A stretch of 64,000 bases of DNA from Candidatus Uhrbacteria bacterium (GTDB lineage: Bacteria > Patescibacteriota > Patescibacteriia > UBA9934 > GWF2-40-263): positions 111,466-175,465 of the forward strand of contig JACPHU010000002.1 in the NCBI GenBank assembly GCA_016188495.1, given 5' to 3'. Below the pieces are notes generated by a model. The model made no database searches and was not told the DNA's origin. It was given only the letters and a program-made list of their open reading frames with translations. Positions within the stretch are counted from its first letter, which is position 1. Every line of letters begins with the position of its first letter. Of this stretch, positions 58,690 to 64,000 are shown in pieces. Both the position numbers and the translations under genes were made by a program.

Positions 58690-58816
58690 CTCGTTTCCAT
58701 CCTTAGCAGGACTTTTTGTGAATAAACCTACCGTTGTCTGTCCCGCAATATGACGCGGGTAGGCACTGCTGCGACTCATCGTTTTTGGAGCACATGCTCT
58801 TTGACGATGACGGATG

Positions 58817-58845
58817 AGAATATCAGATTTTATCATTTTTGTCAA
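58817..58845 (-). promoter_or_regulatory. sigma70 promoter of NDT-like gene
   Basis: TTGACA-17-TATTCT with TG extension. Confidence 0.7.
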
Positions 58846-58944
58846 TAGTTTTAGACAGATGAAATATTTAGAACAAGCATATTTTGCTTTATTTAGTGAA
58901 AATTTTGACAGTTTTTTTAAAAGAAGTTATTCTTATAGTGGTTT

Positions 58945-58995
58945 ATGACACAAACAAATGTTTCCATCTTCGTTCGCCGTTGCCGTTGTCTTTAA
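58945..58995 (+). CDS. Putative leader peptide MTQTNVSIFVRRCRCL
   Basis: ATG 11 nt after TTGACA-17-TATTCT promoter (58905-58933); stop abuts antiterminator arm. Confidence 0.6.
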   Translation: MTQTNVSIFVRRCRCL

Positions 58996-59058
58996 AGGAC
59001 GATACGCGGGTTTGTGATTTTAAATTCCTGTAACGTCGTCCTGTTTGGGCGATTTTTT
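58996..59058 (+). promoter_or_regulatory. Transcription attenuator (antiterminator/terminator)
   Basis: AGGACGA (58996) pairs TCGTCCT (59036), excluding terminator TCGTCC-TGTTT-GGGCGA-TTTTTT. Confidence 0.6.
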
Positions 59059-59088
59059 GTTTGTCCAACCAGCAAAGGAGAAGAGATC

Positions 59089-59598
59089 ATGGCTCTCACA
59101 TGCCTGTTTCCTGCACCTATTTCTAAAGGTGTATGGCACGTTCTTTCAACCGCTCTGGGTTACGAACCAAAGATTGATTCTGAACGGAATACCCCAGAGA
59201 ATCTACAGGACCTTTATCAACGTTCATTAGCAGCTCTGCTTATGGACGGGAATGTACCCGTTGGGTTTATTGCCGCTTGGCCTGTGGCAGAGGGATTTGT
59301 CGAGATCGGTTCCGTGTGGATTCATCCCGACTATCGTCATCAAGGGTTGAGTCATCAGATTTACGATGCGATACTTTTGCTTAAAGGTGTTGGCCAACAG
59401 ATCGCTTTTGGTGTCACAACCAATCCTATTTCTGTCCATGTTGGGCACCGAGTAGGGCTTGAAGTGATGGAGAATTGGGACACGCCTGTTCCTCGAAATC
59501 TGACCTGTGGACCCTGCGAATTAGTTCGTTCAGAAAATCAACCAACCTGCGAAAAACGAAATAAAACCTGCTGGTTACGCATCAGGAAGAATACGTAA
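59089..59598 (+). CDS. GNAT N-acetyltransferase with Cys-rich C-terminus
   Basis: EIGSVWIHPDYRHQGL motif A; AAAGGAG SD; CGPC..C..C tail. Confidence 0.82.
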   Translation: MALTCLFPAPISKGVWHVLSTALGYEPKIDSERNTPENLQDLYQRSLAALLMDGNVPVGFIAAWPVAEGFVEIGSVWIHPDYRHQGLSHQIYDAILLLKGVGQQIAFGVTTNPISVHVGHRVGLEVMENWDTPVPRNLTCGPCELVRSENQPTCEKRNKTCWLRIRKNT

Positions 59599-59920
59599 AA
59601 GAGGGTACGCATCCCTCTTTTTTGTTTCCTACTCTTGACAAAATCACTCTTTCTGACTAAGGTCCTGCTCTTCAGATAGGGCCCGTCTGATTCAAAACGT
59701 TTTCTTTAGGAGAAAACTGTTTCATGCAAAGGCCCTTCTGCAAGAAAGGGTTCTTTTTATTTTGCGTATACCATACACGCGTTTGGATCATTTCTGTGTT
59801 TCAGGGGGCTCCTGTGCACAGAAGTGATCCTCAGACGCGTCTATGGTGTACCTCAATCTTCGTGTGGTCGTTCCTGTCAGATCACGTGTAAGAATATTGT
59901 TCGACAGGGAGGGTACTTCA

Positions 59921-61783
59921 ATGAACCGATGGATTCGTTATGCGGTGTTGGCCCTGAGCGTGATGCTCTGGACCGCTTGTTCCAAGAATGAGCAGCAGAG
60001 CGCGGCTCCTGCCGCCAATGAAACAGCTGCGCAGAATCAGTCCGCTGCACCCAATGTTCCTGCTTCGACCGTGGGTATGCCCGGCGGGGCGAAGATGTCC
60101 GGAGAACCGGTTCAGGTTCCGTATATCACCTGGGGTGGGGATTATCCCTTCTTCTGGTGTACGGGCGGGCTGCAGACACGTGAAAACACGATTTGCGCCC
60201 AGTACAAGACCAACGTGAAGTTGGTTCCCGGCGACAATTTCCAGACGCAGCTGGCCGATTACAAGGCTGGCAAAAGTCCGTTCCTGCGGGGCACCTTCGA
60301 AATGGTGGGTGTTCACACTGCCGAGCTGTGTGGAAATGACGCCAATGCCTGTCCCGAGTTCGTCTTCCAGATGACTTGGTCGGCGGGCGACCATCTCGTG
60401 ACCCGCGAGGGAATCACAGACCTCGCTCAGCTCAAGGGGAAGACCGTCGCTTTGCAGAAGAGCGGACCTCACATGGGATTCCTCTTTGCGATCCTTCAGG
60501 ATGCCGGCCTCAAGTGGTCGGATGTGAAGATCGTCTGGGTGGATAATCTCTCGGGTAACGGATCTCCGGCTGAGGCTTTGCAGAAGAACGCGTCCGTGGA
60601 TGGGGTGTTCGTAATCACTCCGGATATGCTCGCTTTGACCGGTGCCGAAAGCACGGTCAAGGGAGCGCATGTCCTGGTGTCGACCAAGGAACGCCGTCGT
60701 ACGATCGCGGATGCCTACTTCGTGCGCCATGATTGGGCACAGGCTCATCAGGAAGAGCTCCGAAACTTCGTCGCTGCCTATCTTTACAGTATGGAAGCGG
60801 TGAAAGCTCTGCAGGAAGCCTATGACGGCTCCGGTTCCCCCGAGTATAAGGCTCTGATGAGTTTTACGCTTCAGGCCTTGCCGACTATTCCGACGTTCGA
60901 AGATGCCGATGGTCTGTATCGCGATGCAACGTTCGTCGGACATTCCGGCGCCGTGGCGTTTCTGGACGCGCAGAACAAGGAAGGGATCAACACCTTCGTG
61001 AGTCGCTCAAACGCGATTGCTCGAGAACTGAATCTCGCCACGAACGATTTTCAGATCAACGTGGCTCCTGTGGATCTGTCCCACGCCGTGTTCAACTCTC
61101 TCAAGACCAAAGGATTGGCGAGGAAGACAGCGTTCAATGCCGAAGCCACCCGTGCGCAGCTGGAGCAGATGACCAACCAGGGAACCCTGGGAAAGAACAA
61201 GTCTCTGTCCTTCAGTGCGGGGTATGCTCCCAACCAGACGACGTTCGATGCCAGCCAATACAAGGTTGAGTTCGACCGAATTCTCGAATTGATGGGAAGC
61301 TATTCGACGGCTCCGGTGGCGATTCGTTGTCATGCGGATACGCTCATTGCTGTAGGTTCGATGCTTCAGACAGGAATGGAAGCGGGAGTGATTTCCCGTC
61401 AGGGAACCTCTGGTAACTATTCCTACTTTATTGATGGAGTTCCTCTGGACATCACCAATGCCTCAAAGATCGGCGGATTGATCCATGATCCGAGGTTCAA
61501 TCAGACAAAGAACGCTGATGCACAGAGTCCAACGGAGATTGCAGGTGCGGCCAAGACGCTCACCGAAGAGCGATGCCGAAATGCTCGGGACTCATTCCTG
61601 GCCTATGCCAAGTCAAAGGGATCTAAGATCTCTGACGCTCAGGTCGTCGCTCAGGGGGTGGGAATTGGTGAACCTGTGGTTGTTCTCCCACGTTCGGAAA
61701 AGGAAACGGCTGCCAATCGGCGCGTCGAGTTTTCCGTCGTACGTGTCGAGGTAGAAGCCACTAACCCTAGTTTCGATTACTGA
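59921..61783 (+). CDS. Lipoprotein: NMT1/SsuA-type substrate-binding domain fused to OmpA-like C-terminal domain
   Basis: Lipobox WTAC; LAQLKGKTVALQ; AIRCHAD, LTEERC, GVGIGEP, AANRRVEF; GGGAGG SD. Confidence 0.82.
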   Translation: MNRWIRYAVLALSVMLWTACSKNEQQSAAPAANETAAQNQSAAPNVPASTVGMPGGAKMSGEPVQVPYITWGGDYPFFWCTGGLQTRENTICAQYKTNVKLVPGDNFQTQLADYKAGKSPFLRGTFEMVGVHTAELCGNDANACPEFVFQMTWSAGDHLVTREGITDLAQLKGKTVALQKSGPHMGFLFAILQDAGLKWSDVKIVWVDNLSGNGSPAEALQKNASVDGVFVITPDMLALTGAESTVKGAHVLVSTKERRRTIADAYFVRHDWAQAHQEELRNFVAAYLYSMEAVKALQEAYDGSGSPEYKALMSFTLQALPTIPTFEDADGLYRDATFVGHSGAVAFLDAQNKEGINTFVSRSNAIARELNLATNDFQINVAPVDLSHAVFNSLKTKGLARKTAFNAEATRAQLEQMTNQGTLGKNKSLSFSAGYAPNQTTFDASQYKVEFDRILELMGSYSTAPVAIRCHADTLIAVGSMLQTGMEAGVISRQGTSGNYSYFIDGVPLDITNASKIGGLIHDPRFNQTKNADAQSPTEIAGAAKTLTEERCRNARDSFLAYAKSKGSKISDAQVVAQGVGIGEPVVVLPRSEKETAANRRVEFSVVRVEVEATNPSFDY

Positions 61784-61796
61784 GAAGGAGGATCAC

Positions 61797-62777
61797 ATGA
61801 ACGGATATAAATTTCTCCTTCGACTGTGTGTCGTGTTGGGGATTGTCAGTTTCTTTTTGATCCCGATGATGGTTGGTGCGGCCGATATTCATAACACTAC
61901 CGTGATTGTGCTGGACGGTTCCGGTTCCATGGATGAATCCATGAGGGATCAAGCGACAGGCCAGTCCGTCAAGAAGATGGATGCGGCCAAAAAGGCCCTC
62001 AAGGATGTTATTGCCAAGGTGCCGTCGGATACCCATGTCGGAATTCTGGTCTTCACAAGCGGTCGCATGGGATGGCTCACAGATCCACCTCTTGGACAGG
62101 TTCAGGAGAACATCTTTTCGGCTCTGGATCAGGTCAGTCCTGGAGGAGGAACTCCGCTGGGACTGGGTATCAAGAACGGAACGGACATGCTCCTACATGA
62201 TCGTCAGACACAGAATAATGTCGGGCGATATCAGTTGATTGTGGTGACTGATGGTGAAAATACACAAGGTCCAGGGGTGGATGAATATGCTCCGTTGGTT
62301 GCTCCTCGCGGCATCCGGATGGATGTGATCGGTGTGGCCATGCCCGGTGGTGCCACTCATCAGCTCGCACAGTGGGCCGATTCTTATCAGCCGGCCGATG
62401 ATGCTGTAAGTCTCCAGACCGCTCTTAAGAAAGCGATCGTGGTGGAGGCGGGCGGAAAGGATGCTCCGGCAGACTTCTCTGCTACCGCAGGGCTTCCGAT
62501 GGAGGTAGCGAAAGTCTGGCTTGCCGCGCTCTCACAGACTCCCCCCAATTATCCGTTGGGAGAGCAGCCTCCTGTGGAGACCAAACCGAATCCTGCCTCT
62601 GCCGCAGTTCCTGTTGCTGAGGCACCTCCCGCTCCTCCTGAATTGGTTCAGTCCAGCTGTAGCACAGCAGGAACCGGAACCATCGGGAGCGGTCTGACAA
62701 CGCTCATGCTCGTGATCATCATTCTGACGTCTCTGGTTTCCAGACGTCGACTGATTCCTGTTCGTATCCGGCGTTAA
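61797..62777 (+). CDS. Exported vWA-domain protein with Cys-TM-Arg C-terminal sorting-like tail
   Basis: MIDAS DGSGSM, GGTPL, VVTDGE; Pro/Ala linker, SSCSTAG, TM, RRR. Confidence 0.85.
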   Translation: MNGYKFLLRLCVVLGIVSFFLIPMMVGAADIHNTTVIVLDGSGSMDESMRDQATGQSVKKMDAAKKALKDVIAKVPSDTHVGILVFTSGRMGWLTDPPLGQVQENIFSALDQVSPGGGTPLGLGIKNGTDMLLHDRQTQNNVGRYQLIVVTDGENTQGPGVDEYAPLVAPRGIRMDVIGVAMPGGATHQLAQWADSYQPADDAVSLQTALKKAIVVEAGGKDAPADFSATAGLPMEVAKVWLAALSQTPPNYPLGEQPPVETKPNPASAAVPVAEAPPAPPELVQSSCSTAGTGTIGSGLTTLMLVIIILTSLVSRRRLIPVRIRR

Positions 62778-62934
62778 CGCCACGATGTCCTTCTCGTTTC
62801 ACTTCATGTGAGTCTACGAAGGACTTTTTTCCTAAGGTCATCTCAGTAACATGAGTTGATCTGAGGCTGAAAAGAATACATTTGTTCTATAAGGTTTAAG
62901 TTCTCTTCAACTGAATAGAAAGAAGGAGAATTCG

Positions 62935-64000
62935 ATGGCTGACAATGAAACGCGGGCAATGCGTAATTTGGGAGCCGGTATTCTGGCTCTTATCTTGATT
63001 GTGGTCCTTGGAGTGAGTTTCAAGTTTTTGATCTATCCCAAGTTGCAGTCTCGTCTAGTAGAATCTACCAGTGCAACAACAAGTTACACTTCGCAGATAA
63101 CCGTCTGTGGCGATTCGTTCGCCGGCTATGCCGTCGTGCGTTCGCCTGCCATGAAGCGTGAGCTCGCCTCCAAAGGGATTCGTCTCAATTGGAAAGATGA
63201 TGTAGCGGACTACGGCGCGCGCGCAAAGGCTGTGCGTGCCGGAGAGTGCGATTTCGCGGTCAATACCATCGACGCGGATCTGGTGACCGGACAGGATTTG
63301 GGAGAGTTTCCCGGTTCCATTATTTTCATCATCGATGAGAGTCATGGCGCCGATGGCGTGGTCGCCTACAAGACGGCCGTACCCAATGTCCAGGCACTCA
63401 ATCAAGCCGGAACCAAGATCGTCGTGACAGCAAATTCACCCAGTGAAACTCTGGCGCGGCAGATGATCTCGGGCATGCTTCCCATGCTCGCCAACGATCA
63501 ACATTGGCTGGAAGCGGCTGATGGTGCAGAGGCTGTCTATAAACAGCTCATCGGTACCAAGCCCAATGAGCGCAAAGCATTCGTTTTGTGGGAACCCTGG
63601 CTTTCCAAAGCTCTCGAAATCGACGGCGTTCAGAAGATCTACGATTCATCCGCCACTACAGCGACAATTGTTGATGTGATGACGGTGAATCGAAGTTATC
63701 TTTCCGAACGTGCCGATTTGGTGAACTTTTTCACTCAGGCCTATTTCAGGAATCTCTGGTCCTATACCAGTCAGCCTTCTGGACTCAGGGATCTGGTGAT
63801 CGAGGACGCCCAGGAGCAGGGAAGCAAGCTCATCAACGATCAGGCGCTTGCTATCGTGACAGGAATTCGATGGAAAAATACTTTGGAGAATTATGCCCAT
63901 ATGGGTCTGGTCCCCAGGTTTGAAGCCAAAGGCATTCCCAACATGGAAGACATGGTTTCGGGAATTTCTCGATTCTTGGTTCGCACAGGCAAACTTGCGA
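62935..64000 (+). CDS. Membrane-anchored NMT1/SsuA-type substrate-binding protein (3'-truncated; not in ORF track)
   Basis: AAGGAG SD; MADNETRAMRNLGAGILALILIVVLG; DSFAGY, IDESHGADGVV, NSPSE, VLWEPWLSKA, IVDV; frame open to window end. Confidence 0.82.
   Translation, partial: MADNETRAMRNLGAGILALILIVVLGVSFKFLIYPKLQSRLVESTSATTSYTSQITVCGDSFAGYAVVRSPAMKRELASKGIRLNWKDDVADYGARAKAVRAGECDFAVNTIDADLVTGQDLGEFPGSIIFIIDESHGADGVVAYKTAVPNVQALNQAGTKIVVTANSPSETLARQMISGMLPMLANDQHWLEAADGAEAVYKQLIGTKPNERKAFVLWEPWLSKALEIDGVQKIYDSSATTATIVDVMTVNRSYLSERADLVNFFTQAYFRNLWSYTSQPSGLRDLVIEDAQEQGSKLINDQALAIVTGIRWKNTLENYAHMGLVPRFEAKGIPNMEDMVSGISRFLVRTGKLA

Noticed and set aside
59918-60943. 341-aa antisense ORF (also 35716-36513, 2784-3368)
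   Set aside because: Shadow frames of well-supported genes, no recognisable motifs
1-64000. Alternative genetic code (UGA=Gly) or prophage
   Set aside because: Conserved genes are full length in code 11 and several end in TGA; no phage structural or integrase genes recognised

Overview
Bacterial chromosomal DNA, translated with standard code 11, AT-rich background. The gene style (compact housekeeping genes without Shine-Dalgarno sites, GT-C/PEGA/bPH membrane proteins, VirB2-like pilin domain, class II RNR, almost no biosynthesis) suggests a Patescibacteria/CPR (Parcubacteria-like) genome; this is inference. Content: DNA/RNA maintenance (recQ, Pif1-like helicase, ABC-F, RluA, U32, hflX, HU, rpmB, rpsU), a surface-glycan block (GT-C proteins, rmlB, an NRS/ER-type epimerase-reductase, long-form rmlA), nrdJ with NrdR boxes and a DnaA box, cell wall/division genes (murE, ftsB-like, rlpA-like, ftsEX, murI), and four tRNAs (Thr-CGT, Gly-CCC, Gln-TTG, Pro-GGG). 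A GC-richer block at the right end encodes two SBP(-OmpA) proteins and a vWA protein. The most notable unexplained signals are: (1) a Raw-type nucleoside-deoxyribosyltransferase gene followed directly by an RNA of five UNCG-tetraloop hairpins and converging on a 1002-aa TRPM-type SLOG protein; (2) a dispersed family of hairpin elements whose terminal repeats differ between copies yet pair within each copy, two of them 4 nt upstream of tRNAs in the same orientation; (3) a closed multi-hairpin RNA in the tRNA-Gln leader; (4) a leader-peptide attenuator (MTQTNVSIFVRRCRCL) ahead of a GNAT gene. All protein calls come from motif recognition by eye; no searches were run.
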